Shown piece after piece: positions 1 to 11,118 of a DNA stretch of 64,000 nucleotides. The translations under genes and the position numbers were made by a program. Source of the stretch: Podarcis cretensis. Lineage: Eukaryota. How positions within the stretch are numbered: the first letter of the stretch is position 1; every line of letters starts with the position of its first letter. Under the pieces are notes generated by a model, which searched no databases, was not told the origin of the DNA, and saw nothing but the letters and a program-made list of their open reading frames with translations. The stretch spans positions 49,724,001 through 49,788,000 of the forward strand of contig OX638159.1 of assembly GCA_951804945.1 (NCBI GenBank), read 5' to 3'.

Positions 1-69
1 AAACTACTGTATTTAATAAACAACCAGTATATCAGAATCACATTACAGCCATGTAAAGTGAACAGCAGT

Positions 70-784
70 CAACAATGGCATTAAGTCCAGTATATCTGAA
101 GGAGCGTCTCCTCCCCCATCGTTCTGCCCGGACACTCAGGTCCAGCTCCGAGGGCCTTTTGGTGGTTCCCTCACTGCAAGAAGGCAAGTTACAGGGAACC
201 AGGCAGAGGGCCTTCTCGGTAGTGGCACCCACCCTGTGGAACGCCCTCCCATCAGATGTCAAAGCGATAAACAACTACATGACATTCAGAAGACATCTGA
301 AGGCAGCCCTGTTCAGGGAAGTTTTTAATATGTGACATTTTAGTGTACAGTGCCTCGCAAGACGAAATTAATCCGTTCCGCGATTCTCTTCGTCTAGCGG
401 TTTTTTCGTCTTGCGAAGCAAGCCCATTGACGGCTTAGCGGATTAGCGCTATTAGCGGTCTAGCGGCTTTTAGCGATCAGCTGAGAGGCGGCTTATCAGC
501 GGAACAGCTGATAAGCGGCTTAGCGGCTTAGGAAAGGGGGGGGAAAGCGAAAAAAACCCGCGGGAACTCGCAAGATTTTTTCGTCTTGCGAAGCAACCCC
601 ATAGAGAAATTCGTTTAGCGAAGCGCCTCCAAAACAGAAAACCCTTTCGTCTAGCGGGTTTTCCGTCTTGTGAGGCGTTCGTCTTGCGGGGCACCACTGT
701 ACTTTTCATCTTTCTTGGAAGCCGCCCAGAGTGGCTGGGGAAACCCAGCCAGATGGGTGGGGTACAAATAATAAATTATTATTA

Positions 785-820
<36 letters not shown>
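70..820 (+). mobile_element. 5'-truncated L2-type LINE 3' end, interrupted by a MITE at 348-699
   Basis: 75-335 translates as YLKERLLPHRSARTLRS...RAFSVVAPTLWNALP, typical of the L2 ORF2 C-terminus. The 3' UTR (gccgcccagagtggctgggg...) and (ATT)n tail resume at 702. The same tail occurs at 4518 and 13469. Confidence 0.75.
348..699. mobile_element. Tc1/mariner (Tigger-like) MITE, family A
   Basis: TA at 346-347 and 700-701. TIRs CAGTG(GTG)CCTCGCAAGACGAA / TTCGTCTTGCGGGGCACCACTG. Homologous copies at 16988, 43305 and 51297. Confidence 0.85.
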
Positions 821-825
<5 letters not shown>

Positions 826-874
826 ATCACTGTCATTAACAAATGAAGAGAGACTTTAAAGTTTGAGTACTCTT

Positions 875-1810
875 CTAGTCTTCTGTGAACCCCAAGAACT
901 CATCACTGCTAAAGTCAGAATTTATGAAGCTCAGTTGCTCACAGTCACTGACATCACTTTTATCTTCATGTAAAATACCATCTTCGTATCCATCCAAAGC
1001 ATTGCTAATGCCACATTTTTTCCTCTCAATCCTCTTCCTCCCCTCTCTCAGTGAACAGCCTGCCAGCTGCTCACAAACATTCCCTTTACTTGAATTACAG
1101 TCAAGAAACAGCCAAGCAGAGCTTCTCAGCGGCAGGCTTGGGCTTTCCTTTTCCCCACTTTTTTCTCCCCCCCCCCAAGCAGAACAGTCCCCTTTCCCAG
1201 CCTCCTCCTCTCCATCAATTTCACCCAAACTCCTCAGGTGACGTCTACAATTTCTCCCCTTCACTGCTCCCTCTCCTTTGCCCTCAACCATGACTCTCCA
1301 CTCACGGCAACCTATGGTACCTCATCTCCCTTCACCCAGCTTCTTGGTCCCCCTCCTCTCCCTCCCCTCTCTCAGTGAACAGCCTGCCCGCTGCTCCAAA
1401 CCTTGAGGGGAAGGGCAGGCTGCTGGCAGAGCACACACACCCCCCGCCCCCATTCAGCAGCCCAGGAGTGTGGGGCATGGGCGCACAGCCCTCCCGTTGC
1501 TCCAAAGCTTCCCGGGGCTGCAGGGGGAAGCCGAGGCTGCCGGCAGATGAGCGCGGCTCTCCCCCTGCCCCCATTCAGCAGCCCAGGAGTGTGGGGCATG
1601 GGCGCACAGCCCTCCCGTTGCTCCAAAGCTTCCCGGGGCTGCAGGGGGAAGCAGAGGCTGCCGGCAGATGAGCGCGGCTCCACCACCACTACCAAAGACC
1701 AGTCCAAAAGTGTGCCGCACTCCGGCAATTTGGCTCCAGGGACCATACATTCGCTCCATAGGACGCACAAACATTTCCCCTTACTTTTTAAGAGTAAAAA
1801 AGTGCGTCCA
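875..1810 (-). mobile_element. Deleted pogo/Tc2-type DNA transposon with transposase C-terminal remnant
   Basis: The minus strand of 875-1020 reads KKCGISNALDGYEDGILHED...DEFLGF*, resembling pogo/Tc2 DDE transposase C-termini. 1749-1810 matches the subterminal region of the elements at 58084 and 58930. Confidence 0.6.
1446..1680. repeat. 121-bp tandem duplication (2 copies)
   Basis: cattcagcagcccaggagtg... starts at 1451 and again at 1572; about one mismatch seen. Confidence 0.95.
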
Positions 1811-1947
1811 CGGAGGTGGGATGTTGCTGGGCTCTCATCAGCCCCAGGAACCACAGTCAACGGTCAGGAATACTGGGAGCTGTAGTCAAACAACATCTAG
1901 AGGACCACCATTTGCCGACCGTTGTGAAACATGAAGTATAGGCTTAC

Positions 1948-2028
1948 CTCCAAGCACCCACCTTCACCAGTTCCCTCCTTGTTCTTCTTCTTTCCTGGTT
2001 CTTTCTTCTTCTCTCCCCCAGCAATGAT
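1948..2028 (-). CDS. TARS1: Threonyl-tRNA synthetase 1, coding exon 2 (81 nt, phase 0/0)
   Basis: Minus strand ttttattcttctAG|ATC...GAG|GTaagc encodes IIAGGEKKKEPGKKKNKEGTGEGGCLE. This aligns without gaps to remembered human TARS1 IGAGEEKQKEGGKKKNKEGSGDGGRAE. Confidence 0.9.
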
Positions 2029-3152
2029 CTAGAAGAATAAAAGAAAACCACCAAGGCACTTGTTTCAAAAAGTGTCATCATTAATCCTGCTAGAAAAATC
2101 ATCATTCTGTTTAGAAATGGTAAGAATAGCAGAGGAATTTCTGTAACTTTAGTGTGAATACACTCAGGATAATTAAACATTTTAGCTGCACCGGAATCTC
2201 AAATCCATTTCTGTTATTAACAACCCTCTTATTAAGCTAAAAGAAAGTAAGATAAATAATAATAAAAATATTAATAATAATAAAAAAAACAACTCCTACT
2301 TTGTGGGAGTCAAAATGCTTAGCTATGAAGCTGTCAAGATGGGAGGCTCCCTTGGGCGTTGCACTCCTTGGCCTGCAAGCTTCTCTTTGAAGAAAAGGGC
2401 AGAAACACAGCCGTTCTTTCCTCAGAAAGCACAGGTGATGCCAATGCACAAACTGTTACCCAGGACCCTGCATTGCCAAACCTGAAAGTGTTGAGGACTA
2501 CTCACTTGGCGATCCAATTCTGCCAAGTTAAAAGCAGGAATCCCAAAACAATTTGTGCCTATAGCCCATTGGCACTCCTGGCTGGTGCACAAACAGGGCA
2601 TGAGCCCTTCCTTGTCTCTAAAAGTTGACAACCACTGTCAGTGAATGAATGTACTGAGGGGGCTTTCAACACAGGCCTGTTGTACTTCAATCGATTTTTA
2701 TTACTCTTTTATACTCACAATTTGGAACTGCAGATGGATTAATCAAAAGCTGCCACCATGGTGAAGTGTTCTGTATTCACACTTCCTAATAAACTTGGGC
2801 AGCAGGAGACCATCTAGGCTGGCATTCTATGCCCAGGAGCAGCCAAGCAACCCACAAACATCAAGATGGAGGCAGACTTATCCTCAAGCATCTGGTGATC
2901 AGTTGAGCATATTGCCTTTGTACATCAAGATGCAGCCTGTGGCTGTTTTTTGACTGATTTATCAAATCCCCAGATTGCTCAGTAGGAGAGATCTCAGGAC
3001 AGTTCACAAAACTAGAGTAAAACAAGAAAACTGGACACCACAAAAATCAGGACAGTGGCAAGGATTTTAAAAAGAAACAGTCCTGTTTGTTTGAAATTAA
3101 TGAAAAGCACTTCCTCTCTTTTTTCCTTTTTTAAAAATAGGTATTTAAAGGT

Positions 3153-3330
3153 CCATAGCAGAGGAAGAGCACCTGCTGTGCCTGAACAATATCCCTGGTT
3201 CAATTCCCAGAATTTCCAAGCAGAGGTAGGAATTCCCCTCATTTGAAACTCAGAATTGCTCATTTGAAACTCAGAATTGATAGATGAAACAATGGCCTGA
3301 CTCTGTATGAGGCAACTTTTTTTGTTCCTA
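3153..3330 (+). mobile_element. Degenerate tRNA-derived squamate SINE (Squam3-like)
   Basis: B-box-like ggttcaattcc and tail ggcctgactctgtatgaggcaac...gttccta; related to 63885-64000. Confidence 0.45.
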
Positions 3331-4004
3331 GATCCCACTTGCTTTAGGGGAAGGGCTGCCCTACCTTGGAGAGGAAACGAAACAGCAACTACCATTCTTT
3401 ACTGAATGACCCCCATCTATACACAACACTCTGAGCTCTTTGGAGGAATACCAAGCAGGTGGAATACCAAGCAGGTTTTGTTTTTTAATAGAGAAAATAA
3501 TTAAAAGACCAGCACCCAGCATGATTCGGGAAAAAGGGTGGCGTGGCGGCAGCTGTGACTGTTGGCCTTCGAACTACAACATCCTCGCTGACATTTGCAT
3601 GGCGACTTCCCGAGAGTCCACGTAACACTATACTGTCCACGTGTATGGCGCTTCACACATTACAGGCGCGTGTCAGGAGGTCCCTGCGAGGAAAGGCCTT
3701 GTATTCCAGCAAAGGATGGGTGCGAGGGATCGGGGGGGGGGGCAAACTATTTCATTTCTACGTATGAAAGGAGGCGACACGCCAAATGTTTCACAGCCAA
3801 GGGCGCTGCGTAAAAGTGGCCGTGCGCGCAAGCAGCGTCCTCACGTTACAAACCCAGCCGGGATTCTTCGGAGAAGCTTCTTTGAAAGCGAGAGAAAAAG
3901 AGCCCAAGGCGAGGCCTATTTTTAAGTCTGGAGGCACCGAGGGCGGGTGCTGCCTCCAGCCAGCCTCGCCATGGAGCTTGGGCGCGAAACTGGAGCCCCC
4001 TTAC

Positions 4005-4028
4005 CTGTTCATCTGCCGCCGTCTCCAT
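4005..4028 (-). CDS. TARS1: Threonyl-tRNA synthetase 1, coding part of exon 1 (METAADEQ)
   Basis: Strong Kozak context ggAagATGG at 4028 and donor CAG|GTAAGG at 4004. Phase 0 matches exon 2, and the exon lies in a CpG island. Confidence 0.8.
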
Positions 4029-4146
4029 CTTCCTTCCTTCCTTCCTTGCACAGGCTGAGCCGGTTCTTCCCTCCGAAGCGGCGAGGAGCCCAATAGCAGC
4101 CCGCGAACTCAACCGGGCTGGCTTCAGTCGCGCAGGCCCCGGCAGC

Positions 4147-4155
4147 TGATGCAAC
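4147..4155 (+). promoter_or_regulatory. C/EBP-ATF response element (CARE/AARE, ATF4 site)
   Basis: TGATGCAAC matches TGATGnAAn, about 120 bp upstream of the TARS1 ATG. Aminoacyl-tRNA synthetase genes are established ATF4 targets. Confidence 0.65.
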
Positions 4156-4517
4156 GCGCCGCAAACGTGCTTCTTCCCGGGCCCGCCCAGGCCGCGGCGC
4201 GGGGCGGAGCGCGAAGGACGGCGATCCCCGGGAGCGAAAGCGGAAGCTGCTCGCTGGCAGCGGCGAGAGAGCGGGGACGCGGCTTGGTTGTTGCGCGCGC
4301 CCGCTCGATCGCTTTCTCCAGAGGGGTCGGGTGGAGTCAGTGCCGGTGCCAGGCTGTTCTTTTTGCGCCAGACACACACCAAATGCATCCCCCTCCCCAA
4401 AATTGCTAACTTCAATTTCAAAAACAAAACAAAACTGGTGTGTGTTAGAAAAAATCAAAAGCACTTGAAACTGCTAAATTTATTTTTTTTTAATTAAATG
4501 CATTTTCACTATTTAGG

Positions 4518-4641
4518 TAATAATAATAATAATAATAATTTATTATTTGTACCCCGCCCATCTGGCTGGGTTTCCCCAGCCACTCTGGGCGGCTTCCAAC
4601 AGAGATGAAAAATACACTAAAAATACACTAAAAATACACTA
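4518..4641 (-). mobile_element. L2 3' tail fragment with (TAA)n
   Basis: Reverse complement of the 702-820 tail. Confidence 0.7.
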
Positions 4642-5098
4642 GGTATATGTTACATAGATTTCCAACCAACTGTACGGTCTTTTTCATACATATGGATATG
4701 GTATGAATTACTTCAAAAGTGATAAAACTTCAGAATATAAAATAAAAATAAAATATCAGATTTAAAAAGATGTAACGAAAACTAATCTGTATAAAAACGT
4801 GCCCTTTCAAAGGTCAGTACTGCACCCCTCTGAAGTCTTTCACACTAATCCAATGATAGCACAGGCCCTGCATAGAGTGGCCGGTTCCTAATGTGCTCCA
4901 CTTTTTGCCATGTATTTTATCTGGTATGAAAGTCGCTGGCAAGTCAGAATTTGTGTCTGGTCTGTCTGCAGCCAGAATGATTAGCAGATAGCTGTGGTTT
5001 TTTTTTTATAAAAAAAAACTTATTTAAATCAAGCACAGCAAAAACCTGTGGCTCTCTGAACGCTATTAGACTGCAGCTGTCATGAGCCCCAGCCAGTA

Positions 5099-5324
5099 CA
5101 ATGGTACCTCGGGTTACATACGCTTCAGGTTACAGACTCCGCTAACCCAGAAATATTACCTCGGGTTAAGAACTTTGCTTCAGGATGAGAACAGAAATTG
5201 TGCTCCGGTGGCGCAGTGGAAGCAGGAGGCCCCATTACCTAAAGTGGTGCTTCAGGTTAAGAACAGTTTCAGGTTAAGAACGGACCTTCGTAACGAATTA
5301 AGTACTTAACCTGAGGTACCACTG
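5099..5324. mobile_element. Tigger-like MITE, family B
   Basis: TA flanks; TIRs CA(A/G)TGGTACCTC...GAGGTACCACTG; copies at 30525 and 45410. Confidence 0.85.
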
Positions 5325-5339
5325 TATTTCTTTAATATT

Positions 5340-5380
<41 letters not shown>

Positions 5381-5883
5381 TAAAAGAAATGCTGGCTGGG
5401 GCTCATGGCAGCTGCAGTCCAATATATATACTGCTGTATCATTCACAGCGGTTTGCAACAATATGAAAACATAAAAAGCAAGATAATGTTTATTTATTTT
5501 ATTAAATTTCTATACCGCCCTTCATCCAAGGATCACAGGGTGATTTACAATATAAAAACACAAGCATACATACCATACTAACAAACAACATACTGAAAAA
5601 AGCACAATACGAAACACTACAATTCTATCAGACACTTATACTTCCCTGTTTTAAGTAATTAGCTGTACTAGCTAATCATAAACACTTCAATTAAGTCTTA
5701 GTTTTTCATTAATTAAATCCAGTTCATAGTATTTAAAACAAAGTCTATACACTATGCTATCTATAAAAAGAAACTTTTCAAAATAGTCCATTATGACTCA
5801 TTGTATTTTTTTTCTTGTTAAGCAGATTAATTTTGCAGATTTAATAAAATAAATAAATCATGGAAAATTAAAAAGAAATTATG

Positions 5884-6272
5884 CGTGCAAAGACAGGCTC
5901 TGGCGGATTGAGCGGAACAGACCAATAGTGGACCCCATAGTTTGGAAGGTGGTTTCTGCACATGCTGTAGAGGGAACTGGGGGGCAGGTGAGGCTTGTCA
6001 ACCTGGGAAGGTGGCCCATCTAGGAGAAGGAAAACTCTGATCCTAAACCTCCACTGTTCTTATCTTTGGGAGGAGAAAAGGCTAAGGAGTAAACCCTACA
6101 CAAATCCAGAGTGGAGTCCCTAAAACAGCTGGGAGGTTGAAAGTGGTGGGTCTTGTCATCTGGGCAGCCCACAACCACCATGTCCTGGGAGATCACTTAG
6201 GTCCTGCTAACACAGCAGTTAGACATCATCCTCAGAGGTGCACTCTATTGTCTCTCGAGACAGACGGATGCT

Positions 6273-6350
<78 letters not shown>
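5884..6350 (+). mobile_element. Non-autonomous RTE-like/SINE-like repeat with (CAG)n(CAA)n tail
   Basis: Shares aaaaggctaaggagtaaaccctacacaaatc with 15567-15927 and 61133-61335, ggaaaactctgatcctaaacct with the 61133 copy, and ttgtctctcgagacagac with the 15567 copy. Ends in a microsatellite tail. Confidence 0.55.
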
Positions 6351-6351
<1 letters not shown>

Positions 6352-6386
6352 GGATTCTAGCCTGAATTTTTCCTTTTGGGTATGTA

Positions 6387-6704
6387 GGGACGCGGGTGGT
6401 GTTGTGGGTCAAACCAGAGCCTAGGGCTTGCCGATCAGAAGGTCAGCGGTTCGAATCCCCGCAACGGGGTGAGCTCCCATTGCTCAGTCCCTGCTCCTGT
6501 CAGCCTAGCAGTTCAAAAGCACGTCAAAGTGCAAGTAGATAAATAGGGGTTTCCATGCGCTGCTTTGGTTCACCAGAAGCGGCTTAGTCATGCTGGCCAC
6601 ATGACCCGGAAGCTGTAACCGGCTCCTTTGGCCAATAAAGCGAGATGAGCGTGCAACCCCAGAGTCTGCGACTGGACCTAATGGTCAGGGGTCCCTTTAC
6701 CTTT
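6387..6704 (+). mobile_element. Sauria SINE (older subfamily)
   Basis: GGGACGCGGGTGG head, B box GGTTCGAATCC, ACCTTT tail. Confidence 0.9.
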
Positions 6705-7276
6705 GTGAGTGATTTTCTTGTTTTCTGATGGAGAAACCAAAGTGTCTAATATATTCAAAGTTGTCTCTGTGTATATACTGTATGAACTGGTGCCTGACTT
6801 TACTTTTGTTTTTTTTTTATTCCTTCCTCCCCACCCTTTTTCCTTGTGTGTCATGCCTTTTAGATTGTTAACAATCAGGGCAGGGACTTAACTTACTATT
6901 GATCTTGTAAGTCACCCTTGGAGCCTTTTGGACTGAAGAGGTGAGTAAAAGTGCTTTAAATAAATAAGAAGATCTTTCACTGTTCAGTTCAAGCATGATG
7001 GTTCACAAATGTACATTAGCAAGTTAACGTATGAAGGTATGTGAAAAAGAAGCTAATTTTTGCAAGAGTCTCACCATTTTGTTTATAAAAAATAATTATA
7101 TCACTGTATGATACAATACTAGAACCATAGATGAGATTCTAAAACTAGAAAATATTTAGTGAAAAACAAACAAATAGGAAACAAAGTTATTTAAAGGAGA
7201 AATGAAAAACTCTGCAACAACTGGTAGATTCTGGAAAGGTGTACATTATTAACATTATGTAATAAATATATTACCT

Positions 7277-7640
7277 GGGACGCAGGTGGCGCTGTGGGTT
7301 AAAGCCTCAGCGCCTAGGGCTTGCCGATCGAAAGGTCGGCGGTTCGAATCCCTGCGGCGGGGTGCGCTCCCGCTGCTCGGTCCCAGCGCCTGCCAACCTA
7401 GCAGTTCGAAAGCACCTCCGGGTGCAAGTAGATAAATAGGGACCGCTTACCAGCGGGAAGGTAAACGGCGTTTCCGTGTGCGGCTCTGGCTCGCCAGAGC
7501 AGCGATGTCACGCTGGCCACGTGACCCGGAAGTGTCTCCGGACAGCGCTGGCCCCTGGCCTCTTAAGTGAGATGGGCGCACAACCCCAGAGTCTGTCAAG
7601 ACTGGCCCGTACGGGCAGGGGTACCTTTACCTTTACCTTT
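7277..7640 (+). mobile_element. Sauria SINE, full length, young subfamily
   Basis: Pol III A box and B box (7341-7351), (ACCTTT)3 tail, TSD AATAAATATA at 7261-7270 and 7641-7650. Confidence 0.95.
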
Positions 7641-8139
7641 AATAAATATAGCCAGGAGAGGGCAGTAAAGTTACACATTTCAGAATATAATCCTTTGTGA
7701 CCTTGATTCTGTTTGGATTCATTTAACCTTTTTCCATTATGATTTTTTTTGTTGCTGTTCTGTTTTGCAATCCTGGAAATTCACATGAAACTATTTCTTG
7801 GCACGGATCCAATACAAAGTGGCACTGTAGGCCAACCAGAGCCAAGTCCAGATTAGAGAGAGCAAGAGCGTTGGGCAAAATTCATTATTGATAGGTCCCC
7901 AACCTTGTTGGAGAGCCTTAGCAAGCTTTTTGCTACTGCTCACAGCCAGTGGCATTGTTCTGTAGCTAAGGGCCGCCATTTAAATTTTCCACAATTCCTC
8001 ACAAAAGGCCATACATCAGGGCATTGTGGGAAATTAAAAGCAGTTAAACTCAATTGCTTGGTGCTGCTCAGAGCACTGCAGTGCATGGGGGGTGGGGAGA
8101 AATTAAAAAGGACCCAGCATGGGGTGGCTCTTCCAAGAT

Positions 8140-8281
8140 GCTAGAGCCCTGGGTTTGAATCCCCACTAAACCATGAAGCTCACTGGGTGACCTTGGGCCA
8201 GTTACTTCCCCTCAGCCAAACCTACCTCACAGGATTGTTGTGGGGATTAAATGAGGAGGGAGAGAGCCATGAGAACCTTGA
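8140..8281 (+). mobile_element. MIR/CORE-like SINE fragment
   Basis: ctgggtttgaatcccc...gtgaccttgggccagttac...cctacctcacaggattgttgtggggattaaatgag resembles the MIR core. Confidence 0.6.
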
Positions 8282-9543
8282 GCTATATAAAAAACACGAG
8301 TTTGGAAAACCTCTGCCAATCAGGTTTGCTAAAGGCAAACTAGATGTGGCATTCATTTTGTGATTGCAATTAAAATGGCACTTTAAAAATGTAAATAGCA
8401 GCTATGGGACAGCCTGAGCAAGTTTGGGACCACGTGGGATAAAAGGAGGGGGTTAACACTTTCTCCTCTATTGTGGTACCAGTGAGAATCATCCCCGCTT
8501 TAGCAGTTTATTTGCATATGGAGGGAAACTTAATACATTCTAATGCATTCTGAATCTGCCCATAACATGCAATCTAATCCTAGGTATGTTTGCTCAGAAG
8601 CAAGTCCCACAGAGTTCACTTTCTCCCAGGAAAATGTGCTTAGGATGGCAGCCCTCCTGGTGTCATTGATTCCCTTTATAATTTGACCACAAAAAATCAT
8701 CAATGTGTACAAAAACAAAAAAGGAACAGAAAAAAACCCTGTGAATGTAGTGTGAATTGATTCTGCTTAGTAACATGGGACAAAAATGGATTCTGTTTAT
8801 TAGTTTATCATACAAAAGTCCATCTGTGCCAATTTCTATGCATGGCTTTGGTATTTACACTGTCTGCCCTGTGAGTGGCACCGAGGGGGCGGGAATGAGC
8901 ACCGTTTGTCTTGTAGAAACCACAGCTGCCAAGCACAGAAAGGACAGTGATTTTTGTATAGGTGAAATGTCTTGGGTCAAATCCTAAGTGGGTGCAGACT
9001 GGTGTAAATATTGAGCTGTATCCATTTCCATCAAGTCTTGCGTTAAATTTACTTTAAAATTGTGGTTGGAAAGACTGGCTGGAATTAGAATGTTATTGAG
9101 TTCACATTCTTCTTAAAACAGGCAGTAAAGAAAGTAGCCAGGAAAATACAATCCAAGGAAATAACAGTGTGAAAAATGGAAGCTGGTGAGCCAGACTAAT
9201 GCCAGGAGCTTGAAATGGGGGTGTATGAGACCTTCTAGAAATGGGGTAAGACGTCACTATTAAAATCAGTATGATGTATCTAGCTTTGAAGGCCCTTGAG
9301 TATATGCCATCTTCTTTTGAACCCAAGTTATGCCTAAACCATCCCGGGAAAACCACTTCTTCTAGCTAGGACATAAAGTGGGTTTTAATGTTTTCAATTA
9401 ACATTTTATTCTGTGAAGCGAAGAGTGAGACCTCATCAGGAAATTCGTAAGTGAAGTTTCTTGATCTCAAACTGGCTTTTCAAACCCAAGAACTAGCTGG
9501 GAATTTTGCAAGACTTCTTATACCATGGCCTGTGTCTACCTAG

Positions 9544-10460
9544 TGTTATAAAAGTTTAACCGGAGACTTGTATTTCCTTTGGTTTTGAAGCATTAAAAAG
9601 TAGTCTAGTTAGATTTCTGGAAAGGGGGCTCTGGAAAATACATCAAGGACTTACTTCTGAGTAAACATGCCTCAGATTAGTTTGCCTGTTATAGGCAGAT
9701 CCAGTACGCATTAGAAACATAGTTTCTCCAAGGTTTGCATGTTTTTTTCCAAGTTACAAGATGTTACGTGGCTAGTTGTCTTTGTCAAATGGTTCTCCTG
9801 AATGTGCTTAGCAATTTTAGAGAAATCATGTGAAACTAAGACAGAAGCTTTTCTAGAAGTTTCAAGAATTTTTATTTAATTGGTGACTGTATTCCAAGCA
9901 GAAGCTCCTATTTATAATGGGCCAGATTACTGCAAGTTGATTCTAGTTTTTGATCATATAATGATTCATCTTGCATACTGATGCCCCCTTTCCATCCCTA
10001 ACTTTTTGACACCTGTTCTTCATCACCCTCCTCCTCCCCTCCCTCCTTCTTCCCCTCCCTCTCTCCCTTTCCCCACCCACCTCTTTCTCTTTCATACCCC
10101 CCTTACTCCCCCCCCCAGTAGGCTGAGAGGGACAGATCTCTGCTGTTGTCAGAGATCAGAACTGATTGCTTGCAGGTTCTAGGACTGCAGCTTGCCCACC
10201 TCGCTTCTGTAAATAAACCCAGATTCTACACCATGAACCAGCTTTTTAAGTATTGGATGTCTGAGTGCATCTTACTTAGTAAGTGTTTTATCCTCATCAA
10301 AGATCCATGCCTTTGAATGCTTGATGGGAGCGTTCCACCTATATTATGTTATTGGCTCAGGCATCACTCTCTACTGAAGCACTTAGTTAGGATCATGGCC
10401 ATCACACTGCGAGATGCATCAAGGCTGGAGGTGGTCGGATACTGACGGATCATAACTACA
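9544..10460 (+). mobile_element. Possible solo LTR (left boundary uncertain)
   Basis: TGTTAT...AACTACA with CTAG on both sides and AATAAA near 10212. An old repeat fragment near 9650 argues that the true start may be further right. Confidence 0.3.
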
Positions 10461-10580
10461 CTAGGCCATACTAGGGAATACTGTGTGGTACGTCTGTGTT
10501 TCTGGCTTGTGGTATCAACCTGGACCTGATGCTGTGACCACAGCTGGAAGCCTCCTGAAAGAAAGGATGTCAGTCTAAGA

Positions 10581-10832
10581 TAGGAGTCAACAAACTTTTT
10601 CAGCAGGGGGCAAGTCCACTGTCCCTCAGACCTTGTGGGGGGGCCAAACTATATTTTTTTGGAGGGGAATGAACAAATTCCTGTGTCCCACAAATAACCC
10701 AGAGATGCATTTTAAATAAAAGGACACATTCTACTCACATAAAAACATGCTGATTCCCGGACCATCCGTGGGCCAGATTTAGAAGGCGATTGGGCTGGAT
10801 CCAGCCTCCGGGGCTTAGTTTGCCTACCCATG
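10581..10832. mobile_element. hAT (Charlie-like) MITE
   Basis: 8-bp TSD GTCTAAGA / GTCTAAGG; degenerate TIRs TAGGAGTCAACAAACT / AGTTTGCCTACCCATG. Confidence 0.75.
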
Positions 10833-11118
10833 GTCTAAGGAATCACAAATCACCTTCTCAATTCTCCTCTTCTGATGTGTCTTAAGTCCAGCTACCTATC
10901 TTGGAAACTTGGTGGGATTCTGAGACAACTGTCTGAGATACTTTTCTTAAAACTACTAAAAGGTAGAAATCAGAGGTATAAATTTTTTTTATCTATAGCT
11001 TCTGCTGAAATACTGTATTGGTGATTATGTTTCATGATGCAGTTGGGAGCGGTGTCTAAAAAGGGATTTTGCAAGAAGGAGTGGCAACCACTGGTTCAGA
11101 GACTGCTGCTATGTGGTA

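Larger units (their letters stand above)
3770..4370 (-). promoter_or_regulatory. CpG island promoter of TARS1
   Basis: CpG-dense. CCAAT 4090-4094, GC box GGGGCGGAG 4201-4209, ETS-type GCGGAAG near 4240. Surrounds TARS1 exon 1. Confidence 0.8.

Noticed and set aside
432-530. Telomere-like or CRISPR-like array (TTAGCGG units)
   Set aside because: Internal to a MITE, not TTAGGG, has no unique spacers, and the DNA is vertebrate.
4029-4427. Open frame upstream of the TARS1 ATG, with an in-frame ATG at 4388
   Set aside because: Runs through promoter motifs in GC-rich DNA; probably upstream of the TSS and not TARS-like.
7476-7700. Recurrent peptide MCGSGSPEQRCHAGH... (also at 53638) and recurrent MITE ORFs
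   Set aside because: Translations of non-coding repeat copies, not a gene family.
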